Source: Desulfuromonadales bacterium (lineage in GTDB: Bacteria > Desulfobacterota > Desulfuromonadia > Desulfuromonadales > BM103). From it: a stretch of DNA of 64,000 nucleotides. How positions within the stretch are numbered: position 1 is the stretch's first letter; each line of letters begins with the position of its first letter. Made by a program: the position numbers and the translations under genes. The stretch is from contig JAMPXI010000001.1 in the NCBI GenBank assembly GCA_023701265.1, positions 12,890 through 76,889 on the forward strand. The letters are read 5' to 3'. Below, one piece after another: positions 49,150 through 57,838 of this stretch. The notes under the pieces are model-generated. The model made no database searches and was not told where the DNA came from. It worked only from the letters and a program-made list of their open reading frames with translations.

Positions 49150-50166
49150 CTGACTGTACCATCCCCAGTTTCCCTGGCGGTCGGTTGCAGTCAAAGTGTA
49201 TTTGCTGCGTCGGTCCGTCAACGGCGAAACCGCTCTGATTTCGTAGATGCCGGCTACCGGTTCAACGACCGTCACCCTGGCGGGCGGCTGGCCGGGGACG
49301 TAACAGCGCAACGTGCGCGGATCGATGACCGCGGTATCCAGCCTTACTCGCCAGACCGGCGGATTGGGCGAGTCGACCAACGTATCCGCCGGCGCCAGAA
49401 CCTTCAGTGGCAAGGCCCTGAAGCGGAGGCGGTCACGAAACTCCCCGGGGGAACCGTAGCTGCCGCCGGCAGGAAAGCGCGGCAAGGCGAACAGGTCCTG
49501 ACCGCGTCCCACCACTCCGGACTGCTGCCCCACCGCGGCGACAAACCCCAGTTCACTAACGACCTCGATCAGTTCCCTGCTGAATTCTCCATAAGGGTAG
49601 GCGAACAGGCGCGGCGCACGACCAAGCCGGGTGGTCAGTTCCTCCTGGGAGCGCCGGATCTCGACCTTGACCCGCGCACGCCAGGCGGCTCTGGTCTCGC
49701 CCGTTTTCCGGTCGAGCAGGTAGCCGTGGGTGGCCGAATGGCTGCCGACCTCGATTCGGTCTTTGGTCAGTCCCCGCAACTCTTCCCAGGTCATGTAGTC
49801 CGGCCCGTCCATTTCACCGGTATTGACAAACAGGGTCGCCGGATACCCATACTCGCGCAGCAGAGGTACCGCACCACGCAGAAACGAGCGAAAGGCGTCG
49901 TCGACGGTAATCGCTACACAGCGCTCCGGAAAGGGCGATCCATTGCGCAGGCGGTCGACGATTTCCGACAGTGGCAGCACTGCGTAACCGCCCGCACGGA
50001 GCGTGTCAAGATGCGCACGAAAATCCGTCAGCGAGGTATTGGTGCTGGGATAGCGGGAATCACCGAAGCGATGATAGATGAAGACCGTTGCATGGTCGGC
50101 AGCCGAAACGACCGTCGACAGCAGTAACAATATCAGCAAAACTCCGGCCGCAAGACGAGAAGTCAT
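49126..50166 (-). CDS. polysaccharide deacetylase family protein (secreted)
   Basis: Track ORF trimmed to ATG 50166, 1 nt after the upstream TGA. It has the signal peptide MTSRLAAGVLLILLLLSTVVSA. The NodB-type region is VAITVDDAFRSF and GSHSATHGYL. Confidence 0.75.
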   Translation of the reverse strand: MTSRLAAGVLLILLLLSTVVSAADHATVFIYHRFGDSRYPSTNTSLTDFRAHLDTLRAGGYAVLPLSEIVDRLRNGSPFPERCVAITVDDAFRSFLRGAVPLLREYGYPATLFVNTGEMDGPDYMTWEELRGLTKDRIEVGSHSATHGYLLDRKTGETRAAWRARVKVEIRRSQEELTTRLGRAPRLFAYPYGEFSRELIEVVSELGFVAAVGQQSGVVGRGQDLFALPRFPAGGSYGSPGEFRDRLRFRALPLKVLAPADTLVDSPNPPVWRVRLDTAVIDPRTLRCYVPGQPPARVTVVEPVAGIYEIRAVSPLTDRRSKYTLTATDRQGNWGWYSQLWVRPKR

Positions 50167-50167
50167 T

Positions 50168-51667
50168 TCAGTTGTCGTCCGACAGCTTCCTGCCGGTTGT
50201 TTGACGGACCTTGCTGCGCAGGTAGCGACGGATGTTGTTGCGGGCACGGGGAGTAATGGCCCACTCCAGCCACTTGGGGAGGACAACCGGATGTTCGGCG
50301 GTTTCGATGGCGACCTGGTCGCCATCCATCAAGCGCGCCTTGAGCTGGCGGATCTTGCCGTTGATGCGGGCGCGGGACGCGTGCAGGCCGAGCTGTTCAT
50401 GGATGGTGAAAGCAAAATCCAGGGCGCTGCTCCCCTCGGGGAGGGAGCGAACTTCCCCTTTCGGCGTATAAACCTGAATGGAAGCAGAGGCCAAACGCAG
50501 GCTTTCGGTATCGAAGGCGGACTCACCTTCGGACAACGACCTCATCAGTTCTTCAAAATTGGCTCGGCGGAACTCGAACCCTGGAGCGAGAACGCCGGCT
50601 TCGTTGAAGCGTGAGAGTTTGCGCGTCGTGATTTCGACGCGCAGGCGCAACTCCCGAGCCTGTACCGTGGTCTTGAGCGCTTGGTAACCGAACTGCGAGG
50701 GTGCATGAATATGATCGCGCAACTTCCCCGGGATCGGCGCATAGAGCCGGTGAAGCAGACCGAGAGCGAGATAGGCATCCATAGTCCGGTCGACCAGGAT
50801 ATCAAGGGTATAAAGTGAGGAAAGACCCCGGGCGGTGGTGCGTGCCGCCGCGATGGAAAAAGGTCGCCAGCGGTCGATCACGGTGGCATTCAGTTTGTGG
50901 TGTTCAAGGATATTGTGGATTTCCGAACGGATGCGGCCAAGACTCGCTTCATGGCGACGGCGCATATCGTTGACGACCGTCTGGTAGCGGCGGGCACGGG
51001 TAGAGTAAAGGATGTTCAGGGAGAGCGCGTCGAGGTCGATAGCCACCCTGCCCATCCCCAGATGCTGCGCCAGCGGCACGTAGATGGTGCGGGTTTCCTC
51101 GGCAATCAGCGACTGCTTGTGGGGGTTCAGGGCCCCGATGGTCTGCAGGTTGTCGATGCGATCCCAGAATTTCAAGCAGAGCACCCGGACATCCCTGACC
51201 GCCAGCAGCAGCTGTTTGCGATAGGTCTGCTGCTTGAGGGCTTCGCGACTGAGCAACTTGTCGTCGACCTTGGTCAGACCGTCAACCAGCAGGCTGACCT
51301 CTTCGCCAAAATGTACACGGATCTCATCGAGGGTGGTCGGGGTGTCCTCGACCACATCGTGCAGCAGGGCGGCCATGACCGAAGCGAAATCCATCCAGTG
51401 ACGGGCGGCCAGATGCGCCACCCGCAAGGGGTGAAAAAAATATGGCTCGCCGGACTTTCGCACTTGCTGGCGGTGTGCTTCGCGGGCGGTGGAGATTGCT
51501 CTCTGCAAGCTGTCGATCGACAGATCGAGCGCATCCTCGCTGAGGCTGCCGCCATGATGAGTGACGAGCAGCTCCATGATCTCATTGATCAGTCGCTGTT
51601 CCCGACGCTCGTCGTACGGCTCCGGTGCAGGTTGTCCAGGATTGGCTGATTTATCGGTGATGCCCAT
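50168..51667 (-). CDS. RelA/SpoT-homolog (HD hydrolase + synthetase-like + TGS; no ACT domain)
   Basis: Track ORF trimmed to ATG 51667. The HD region is SGEPYFFHPLRVA...AALLHDVVEDT. The synthetase-like region is RDHIHAPSQFGYQALKTTV. The TGS region is IQVYTPKGEVRSLPEGSSALDFAFTIH. Confidence 0.85.
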   Translation of the reverse strand: MGITDKSANPGQPAPEPYDERREQRLINEIMELLVTHHGGSLSEDALDLSIDSLQRAISTAREAHRQQVRKSGEPYFFHPLRVAHLAARHWMDFASVMAALLHDVVEDTPTTLDEIRVHFGEEVSLLVDGLTKVDDKLLSREALKQQTYRKQLLLAVRDVRVLCLKFWDRIDNLQTIGALNPHKQSLIAEETRTIYVPLAQHLGMGRVAIDLDALSLNILYSTRARRYQTVVNDMRRRHEASLGRIRSEIHNILEHHKLNATVIDRWRPFSIAAARTTARGLSSLYTLDILVDRTMDAYLALGLLHRLYAPIPGKLRDHIHAPSQFGYQALKTTVQARELRLRVEITTRKLSRFNEAGVLAPGFEFRRANFEELMRSLSEGESAFDTESLRLASASIQVYTPKGEVRSLPEGSSALDFAFTIHEQLGLHASRARINGKIRQLKARLMDGDQVAIETAEHPVVLPKWLEWAITPRARNNIRRYLRSKVRQTTGRKLSDDN

Positions 51668-51702
51668 ATCGATGCTCTGGAATGCAGGTCCGCAATCGGT
51701 TT

Positions 51703-52050
51703 TTATCCTGGCGGCCACCCAAGGTCGCGCCCTCCCAACAGGTGGAAGTGGATGTGCCAGACGGTCTGACCGGCAGCCGGGTTGCAGTTGTTGACCACGC
51801 GAAAACCGTCCTCGGCAATTCCCAGGTCATGGGCGATGCGCCCTGCCACCTGGAACACGTGACCGATCAGGGCATTGTCGGCCGTGGTCAGATCGACAGT
51901 TGTGCGGATGTGCTTGCGGGGCACGATGAGCAGATGAAACGGCGCCTGAGGGGTGATGTCCTCGAGCACGACAACCTGCTCGTCCTGATAAAAGAATTTC
52001 CCCGGAATCTCCCCGGCAATGATTTTACAAAAGATGCAATTGTCCGGCAT
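51703..52050 (-). CDS. HIT-family (Hint-like) nucleotide hydrolase
   Basis: Track TTG start replaced by ATG 52050, preceded by GAGGAGGAG. It starts CIFCKII and carries the histidine triad HIHFHLLGG. Confidence 0.9.
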   Translation of the reverse strand: MPDNCIFCKIIAGEIPGKFFYQDEQVVVLEDITPQAPFHLLIVPRKHIRTTVDLTTADNALIGHVFQVAGRIAHDLGIAEDGFRVVNNCNPAAGQTVWHIHFHLLGGRDLGWPPG

Positions 52051-53935
52051 CGCTCTCCTCCTCTTTGGCAACGGATTTTTCTGGCACGGACATTTTCAAC
52101 TTGATGACCTGCCAGCGCTCGCGTATGCCACGCTTGGCCAATTCCTCGTCGCAACCGGTCAGCAGCAGCTGATGGTCGGCGGCAAACCGCTCCAGGTCGT
52201 GCAAGGCTGCCTGTTGTCGTTTTGCATCAAGGTGTACCGGCAAGTTGTCTATCAACAACGGCAGGGCCCCCCCGAGCATCTGGGCACAGGCCAGGCGAAC
52301 TGCCAGCGCCAGGGCTTCGTTGATCCCCCGGCTGCACGAGCCGGGAGCAGCCCAGCGCCCGGGGGCAGCCTCGAGCCGCAACTGCCCTTCCTCCAGCCTT
52401 ACCTCCCGATGACGCCCGGCAGTCAGTCGCTCCAGATGCTGGCCAATGGCCTGGAGCCATTGTTTTTCCGTCCATGCCGGTTGTGACCGGGGCGTTGCTC
52501 TGTCGGCCGCCGGAACGTCTGCCGAGCCATCCCGCAGGGCCGCAAGTCGCGCTTCGCGCCGGCGCAGGCTCTCACCCAGTTCAGCCAGGCGTGCCTCGGC
52601 TTCCGGGAGTTCCTCCGGTTGCAGATGCTTGTCCCTGCCCCCTTCCTTCCCGGCGGCAGGCGCCGCCGCCCCTTCGCCAAGCTGGTCGCAGATGTCGTAA
52701 TAACGATTGAGCAGATCTTCATTGCGTCGGCACAACTGCTGAAGTTTGACCATTTCAACCGGTGCCGAGGGCAATCCGTAGGTCTCGAACTGCTCGGCCA
52801 ACTCATTCTGTCGAGACAGGGCGTCGGCCCGCTTGATCTCGACCGCCTGAATCTGCTGATCAAGGAGGTCGCGCTCGGTCCGGGCCCGGTTCAGTCGTAC
52901 AATGAAAAACCCCCATACCACCAGCAGCACAACGCCGCATCCGACTGATAACGGCAGCCACCAGGGGAGTTTTTGCCAGAAGGCGGCACCCGGTGCCGCC
53001 ACGCCCAGCAATGTCGTCAGCAACGGCCAGACAAAGCCCGGCATGACGATGGTCGGCTTGCGCCGCAGCAGCGGCGTCAGCTCCAGTTGCAGGGCGGCCA
53101 GTTCCTGACGCAGCCCTTCTGCTGTATTGAACATCGCCGGAAGATCGGCGGGCAACCGTGTCGGCAAGCCCTGCTCATTGAGTTTCGCCAGCAATTCGTC
53201 GCGCTTGCGCTCGAGGGACGCCTCGTGCCTGGCGGCCGACTTGCTGTCGGACGTTTTGGCGGCTTTGGATGATTTTTTCCCTTCGTGCTCCCAACGCTTG
53301 CGAATCCAGGCGAGATATTCTTTCCCCTTGAGATATTCGTCGCGATCGACAGCCAATTCTTCCTCGAGAGTCGCAATCTCCTTCTGACGCAGTTCCGGAT
53401 CGACGACCTCAATGACGGGCGTCGGAGCAGAGAGATCGGCGCTGGAGTCCGCTGCGACAAGCCCCTTGGCCAGACGGCCATCATCAGTAAGGACCGCATC
53501 GGCATGAGCGGCATCGATCAGGGCACGCAACAGCGGCTCGCCCCGGACGGAAAAGAGTCGTTCCAGATGGCCGAGGTAATCGGCCCGTTCCGGAGTCTCC
53601 GCGGCAGGGGGAACCTTGCCGGCAAAACACTCTCGCCAGGAACCATCGGTACCGCTCTCCTCGAGCCGCACCAGGTTGCTTTCAAGGTCGCGGGCCAGAC
53701 GGACGCCGGCCTCGCCCCCTTCGAAAAGCACGGTGACCCGGCAGTTCAAAGTGTCGCCCCAACTGCGCAGTCGCGAACCGTGCTCAACCCCGAGCAGGGC
53801 CGCCGGCAGGGCGGCCAGCAGCAGGCTCTTGCCGGACTCGTTGCCACCGTTGATCAGATTCATGCCGCGCCGGAATTCGAACTCGGCCGAGCCGAAACAC
53901 CCGTAACGCTCTAAAGTTATGCGCCGCAGGATCAT
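52025..53935 (-). CDS. membrane-anchored SMC/RecF-like AAA ATPase (YhaN-like)
   Basis: Track ORF trimmed to ATG 53935. Walker A is GGNESGKS. Long coiled-coil segments are present, and a central pair of TM helices (FVWPLLTTLLGVAAPGAAF / WWLPLSVGCGVVLLVVWGFFIV). The C-terminal Walker B-like motif is LPLLIDN. The 3' end overlaps the HIT start by 26 nt. Confidence 0.7.
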   Translation of the reverse strand: MILRRITLERYGCFGSAEFEFRRGMNLINGGNESGKSLLLAALPAALLGVEHGSRLRSWGDTLNCRVTVLFEGGEAGVRLARDLESNLVRLEESGTDGSWRECFAGKVPPAAETPERADYLGHLERLFSVRGEPLLRALIDAAHADAVLTDDGRLAKGLVAADSSADLSAPTPVIEVVDPELRQKEIATLEEELAVDRDEYLKGKEYLAWIRKRWEHEGKKSSKAAKTSDSKSAARHEASLERKRDELLAKLNEQGLPTRLPADLPAMFNTAEGLRQELAALQLELTPLLRRKPTIVMPGFVWPLLTTLLGVAAPGAAFWQKLPWWLPLSVGCGVVLLVVWGFFIVRLNRARTERDLLDQQIQAVEIKRADALSRQNELAEQFETYGLPSAPVEMVKLQQLCRRNEDLLNRYYDICDQLGEGAAAPAAGKEGGRDKHLQPEELPEAEARLAELGESLRRREARLAALRDGSADVPAADRATPRSQPAWTEKQWLQAIGQHLERLTAGRHREVRLEEGQLRLEAAPGRWAAPGSCSRGINEALALAVRLACAQMLGGALPLLIDNLPVHLDAKRQQAALHDLERFAADHQLLLTGCDEELAKRGIRERWQVIKLKMSVPEKSVAKEEESDAGQLHLL

Positions 53936-53983
53936 GTGCGGCACCTCGCCACAACAGGGCACCAAAGGATCACGACACGCTCC

Positions 53984-54952
53984 TCATGAGAACTCATCGG
54001 ACAACAATTCCGGATAATAACAGATATTTGGATGACAATCAGCACCGAAACGCGCCCGATGGGCAGCCATGGCTCGCCGCCGATAGGCGTTGAAGTCAGC
54101 TTCCACTTCGGCCAGGGTCAGGAACTCGCGGGCCAACAGGATGTTGCGGACCTTCTGGGTGGTAGGGGCGCCCCTGCCGACCAGTTTGAGGCCATGAATG
54201 CCGCTGCGCTTGAGCAGCGGTATGGCGCAAAGACCGCAGCCGTGCCGGCGGTCGGTCTGCGCCCAACTCGCCTGACGGGCCATTGCCGCCTGCAGCGTTG
54301 ACGAAGGCCTGCCGTCTTCCGCGGGGACAATCTCGTAAGGGATCTCGCACGGCCAGATCCGGTCGGGGTTCACATGATGAAAGGTGCACAACCCTTCCGT
54401 GTTCGGACATTTGCCGACCAGCAGAAAGGCATCGCAGCGCACTTCCGGTACCGCCGCGGCAATGGCTGCCATTTCACCCACCGTCAGATGCCGCGGCAAG
54501 ATGGCGCGGTGGATCCCCTGGGCAGCGTAAAATCGCAGGGAACCACTGTTGCTGATGTGTGCCATGGTGCTGGCGTGCAGTTCCAGCGCCGAATAACGTC
54601 CGGCAATCAAATGCAGCAGGCCGAGGTCGGCGAGGATCAGTCCATCGATGCCGATCCCAACCATGCGGTCAAGATAGTCGAGCAACAGCGGCAACTGTCC
54701 GTCGCTGTAGAACGGCGCATTGAGGGTCAGGGCAAACTGGCATCCGGCGGCGTGAGTAAGACGGATGATTTCAGCCAACTCCGCTTCGGTATCGATCTGC
54801 GCCGCATCAAAGGTCCTTTGGTTGAGCGAGGCGAGCAGGTTGTAGCTCTCCCGCCACTCCGGGGGGACGAAACCGCCGTAAAGCTCATGGGCGCCCGCCT
54901 GCAGCAGACTTCCCGCTTCAGCCAGATGGTCGACCGGAGAGATGATACGCAT
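53984..54952 (-). CDS. U32-family (peptidase U32 / Fe-S hydroxylase-type) protein
   Basis: Track ORF trimmed to ATG 54952. The N-terminal TIM-barrel-like pattern is MRIISPV...AGAHELYGG. The Cys cluster is GKCPNTEGLC...C...CGLC, as in the 4Fe-4S-binding U32 members. Confidence 0.7.
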   Translation of the reverse strand: MRIISPVDHLAEAGSLLQAGAHELYGGFVPPEWRESYNLLASLNQRTFDAAQIDTEAELAEIIRLTHAAGCQFALTLNAPFYSDGQLPLLLDYLDRMVGIGIDGLILADLGLLHLIAGRYSALELHASTMAHISNSGSLRFYAAQGIHRAILPRHLTVGEMAAIAAAVPEVRCDAFLLVGKCPNTEGLCTFHHVNPDRIWPCEIPYEIVPAEDGRPSSTLQAAMARQASWAQTDRRHGCGLCAIPLLKRSGIHGLKLVGRGAPTTQKVRNILLAREFLTLAEVEADFNAYRRRAMAAHRARFGADCHPNICYYPELLSDEFS

Positions 54953-54953
54953 C

Positions 54954-55721
54954 CTATTCGCTCCCACGAACTTTCCAGATGTGATCGCGCCGATGGTCCC
55001 ACCAGTGGCCGTCGGTTACTGCATCGAGGCTCTCTCCGACCAGTATCAGGGTCAGGGCCGGCCGCCGATCGGGGCCGTTCAGATTGAAAAAATCCCGATC
55101 GCCGACCCTGGTGACAATATCGTCCAGGGTACCGCGCACGACCTCTTCCCCGGGCAGACCCAGCCGGTGCAGGATGGCGATGGCCACGTTGCGCTCGTAG
55201 CCGGCGCGCAACTGGCCAACCAGTTCCGGCAGCGGGATATTGTTCATGTAGATCAGCAGCGTCACGCCAGGTGCGGCCAACTCGCCCATGGTCGGCGCAC
55301 CGGGGCTGTCCCCCAGGGTGCGTGGCGAGGCGAGGACCGCCCGGTTGCAGACCGCCGGCAGATCGAGGGTCTTTTTCAAATGTGCCGCGGCTGCATTGGC
55401 CGTGCCGACCCCCGGCACCACCTCGGCGCATTCGCCGAGGGCATCGACCAGTGCCTGGAACGGCGAATAGAAGGTCAGATCGCCGGGAACCAGAAAAGCG
55501 ACGGGGCCGTTTTTCAGCTGATAATCAATAAGATCGATCAGTTCCTTAAAGTAATAGTTGAAGGGAACCAGCACTTCCTTGCCACGCAGGTGGACGGCAA
55601 AGGTTTCCTCGAAGGGAGTCGGCGCGTAGACAACGGGACATGCGGCCAGCAGGTGCGCGGCGCGCAGGGTGAGCAGTTCGGGATCGCCAGGTCCGGCGCC
55701 GAGAAAGTAAACGCGATTCAC
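54954..55721 (-). CDS. tetrapyrrole-methylase-fold SAM-dependent methyltransferase (CbiF/RsmI superfamily)
   Basis: 255-aa ORF. VYFLGAGPGDPELLTLRAAHLL, LVPGDLTFYSPF and VVPGVGTANAAAAHL are TP_methylase signatures. No other cobalamin gene is nearby. It overlaps tlyA by 4 nt. Confidence 0.75.
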   Translation of the reverse strand: MNRVYFLGAGPGDPELLTLRAAHLLAACPVVYAPTPFEETFAVHLRGKEVLVPFNYYFKELIDLIDYQLKNGPVAFLVPGDLTFYSPFQALVDALGECAEVVPGVGTANAAAAHLKKTLDLPAVCNRAVLASPRTLGDSPGAPTMGELAAPGVTLLIYMNNIPLPELVGQLRAGYERNVAIAILHRLGLPGEEVVRGTLDDIVTRVGDRDFFNLNGPDRRPALTLILVGESLDAVTDGHWWDHRRDHIWKVRGSE

Positions 55722-56464
55722 GTCGCATCCCCCTTGCGAAGATGGATGAGAAATTCCCGGTTGCCCTTCTGGCCGAGCAGGGGGCTTTCAGTCACACCGA
55801 GCACCGTGCAGCCGAGCAGTTCGGCCTGCTCGCTGATCCTCGCGACCACCGCCGCCTGCTGATCGGGATCGCGCACCACCCCGCCCTTCCCCACCTGCCC
55901 CCTGCCGACCTCGAACTGCGGCTTGATCAGGGCCACCACCTCGGCACCCGGCGCCAGCAGCGCCAGGGTTGGCGGCAGCACCTTGTCGAGGGATATGAAG
56001 GAGGCATCGATGACGGCGAGATCGGGGAGCTCACCGAGGGTTTCAGCGGACAGATGGCGGATGTTGGTCCGCTCCAGACAGATGACCCGCGGATCCTCGC
56101 GAAGCTTCCAGGCAAGCTGACCGTAGCCGACATCGACGGCATAGACCTTGGCGGCACCGCGCTGCAGCAGGCAGTCAGTAAAGCCGCCGGTCGAGGCGCC
56201 GACATCAAGCGCCGTCCGTCCCGTCACGGCGACGGCAAAAACGTCGAGGGCATGGGCAAGTTTGACCCCGCCGCGCGACACGAAGGGAATGTCCTCGCCC
56301 CTGATGCGGATCGGGGCATCGATATCGACCTTCGCGCCGGCCTTGTCGACGGTATGCTCGCCGACAATGACCTGACCGGCGAGAATCAGGGCTCTCGCCC
56401 GTTCACGAGAACCGGCCAGGCTGCGGTCGACCAGCAGTTTGTCGAGGCGTTCCTTGACGGACAT
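55718..56464 (-). CDS. tlyA: TlyA-family rRNA (cytidine-2'-O)-methyltransferase
   Basis: 248-aa ORF with an N-terminal S4 domain (RLDKLLVDRSLAGSRERARALI), the SAM motif LDVGASTGGFTD and VDVGYGQL. Confidence 0.88.
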   Translation of the reverse strand: MSVKERLDKLLVDRSLAGSRERARALILAGQVIVGEHTVDKAGAKVDIDAPIRIRGEDIPFVSRGGVKLAHALDVFAVAVTGRTALDVGASTGGFTDCLLQRGAAKVYAVDVGYGQLAWKLREDPRVICLERTNIRHLSAETLGELPDLAVIDASFISLDKVLPPTLALLAPGAEVVALIKPQFEVGRGQVGKGGVVRDPDQQAAVVARISEQAELLGCTVLGVTESPLLGQKGNREFLIHLRKGDAT

Positions 56465-56470
56465 GCGTAA

Positions 56471-57019
56471 TTATATGGCGGCGATCAGTTCGCGCGGGGG
56501 AGCAGCCGGTCGGGTCCGGCCGAGGCAGACGCCCAGAAAATCGGTGAACAGCCGTTCGATCCGATCGAGTTCGTTCTGCAGAAGGTGCCCGTCGGGGAGC
56601 AGATGCAGATCGGCCCGCCGGTCGCTGGCAAAGCGCAGAACCGGATCGAGGGGCACCACGTCATCGTCCCAACCATGCACAATCGTCAGATGCGGGGTCG
56701 CGGGGGCGGGTTCGGAGACGGCATAGCCGGGAAGACCGACCGCCGGGGCCAGCAGGAACAGGCCAAGCGGATTCAATTGCTCGGCAGCCACCGCCGCCAC
56801 GTAGCCCCCCATGCTGGAACCAACCAGGATCAGCGGTCCAGGAAGACCGGCGGCCATGGTCAGCAGTCGGCGGACCCGCTCATTGGGGTCTTGCGTGGCG
56901 CGGTCATCGGGACTGGCCACACGGCAGCCGAACTGCTCGGCAACCCGGGCCAGGCGGCGGATCTTGGTGCCCCACGGGCCGCTTTCCCGGCCATGGCAGA
57001 AACAGACGGTGGCGCTCAT
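56471..57019 (-). CDS. alpha/beta-fold hydrolase (small esterase type)
   Basis: Track ORF trimmed to ATG 57019, preceded by GAGGGAA. The nucleophile elbow is GSSMGG. Also present are CHGRESGP and the late acid/His region VHGWDDDVVP...DGHLL. Confidence 0.65.
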   Translation of the reverse strand: MSATVCFCHGRESGPWGTKIRRLARVAEQFGCRVASPDDRATQDPNERVRRLLTMAAGLPGPLILVGSSMGGYVAAVAAEQLNPLGLFLLAPAVGLPGYAVSEPAPATPHLTIVHGWDDDVVPLDPVLRFASDRRADLHLLPDGHLLQNELDRIERLFTDFLGVCLGRTRPAAPPRELIAAI

Positions 57020-57099
57020 TGTTCCCTCGCGAAGTTGATGGCGCAAACTATAGCACGAATGCGTGCGCACGCCCACCCTTCTGTCACGCGGCGAAGCAA

Positions 57100-57837
57100 T
57101 CAGGCAGCCTGCATTTCTACCAGATACTCCCAATATTTTAACGGCATGAACTGCTGTTGGCGACGACGGCTGACACGGTCGGGGATGGCGATGTGATGGT
57201 GAAAGGTGCGCCAGAGCTCCTGATAGCTGAGTTCATCAGGCGACCAGGTGATCTCATCCGGCGCCTCGAGCATTCCCAGCAGGTAACGCCTCCCCTCCCC
57301 TATGGCCCCCAGGGAACGGCGAACGTCATGCAGTACCCAGGGGCGGTCGAGGCGTCTGGCGAAGTGCGGTGCAAGCAGCGGCAGGACATTGGCGTCGGCG
57401 ACCAGTGGCGCATACCAGGTGCCGTCGACCGTCTCGCGGAAACGGGCCAGTCCTTTCAGACGGTGACCCTCGCGGGCAGTCCGCCCGGCCCAGCAGTGGA
57501 TGGCATGAACATCCGGATGGGCAAGGCAGGCATCGAGACCGGAGCCGATCTTCCAGCCCAGCGCCAGGTAGCGCCAGATCATCATCTCGATGCCGGGATG
57601 CTCCGACAAAAAGGCCAGACGGACATTGTCGAGCGCGCGCGGCGAAAGGCTGCGGGCGATCTGATTGCGCAGGTCGGCGGCCAGCTGCCCGTCGGTAGCA
57701 ATCTCCTCGATGTCATCGAAAAACCCCGCGTCCGGATAAGGCGGCCGCTGGATCTCCGTCGGACCTTGCCGGGACAGCCTGTTCAACTGGCAGACGGTCA
57801 ACAGGCCGGCGAGGGTGCCATCATAACGCAGGATCAT
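57100..57837 (-). CDS. putative DNA-metabolism protein that partners the radical-SAM repair enzyme (TIGR03915-like)
   Basis: Track ORF trimmed to ATG 57837 (MILRYDGTLAGLLTV...). The C-terminal IPDRVSRRRQQQFMPLKYWEYLVE pattern and the position downstream of the radical-SAM gene match my recollection of this family. Confidence 0.6.
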   Translation of the reverse strand: MILRYDGTLAGLLTVCQLNRLSRQGPTEIQRPPYPDAGFFDDIEEIATDGQLAADLRNQIARSLSPRALDNVRLAFLSEHPGIEMMIWRYLALGWKIGSGLDACLAHPDVHAIHCWAGRTAREGHRLKGLARFRETVDGTWYAPLVADANVLPLLAPHFARRLDRPWVLHDVRRSLGAIGEGRRYLLGMLEAPDEITWSPDELSYQELWRTFHHHIAIPDRVSRRRQQQFMPLKYWEYLVEMQAA

Positions 57838-57838
57838 T

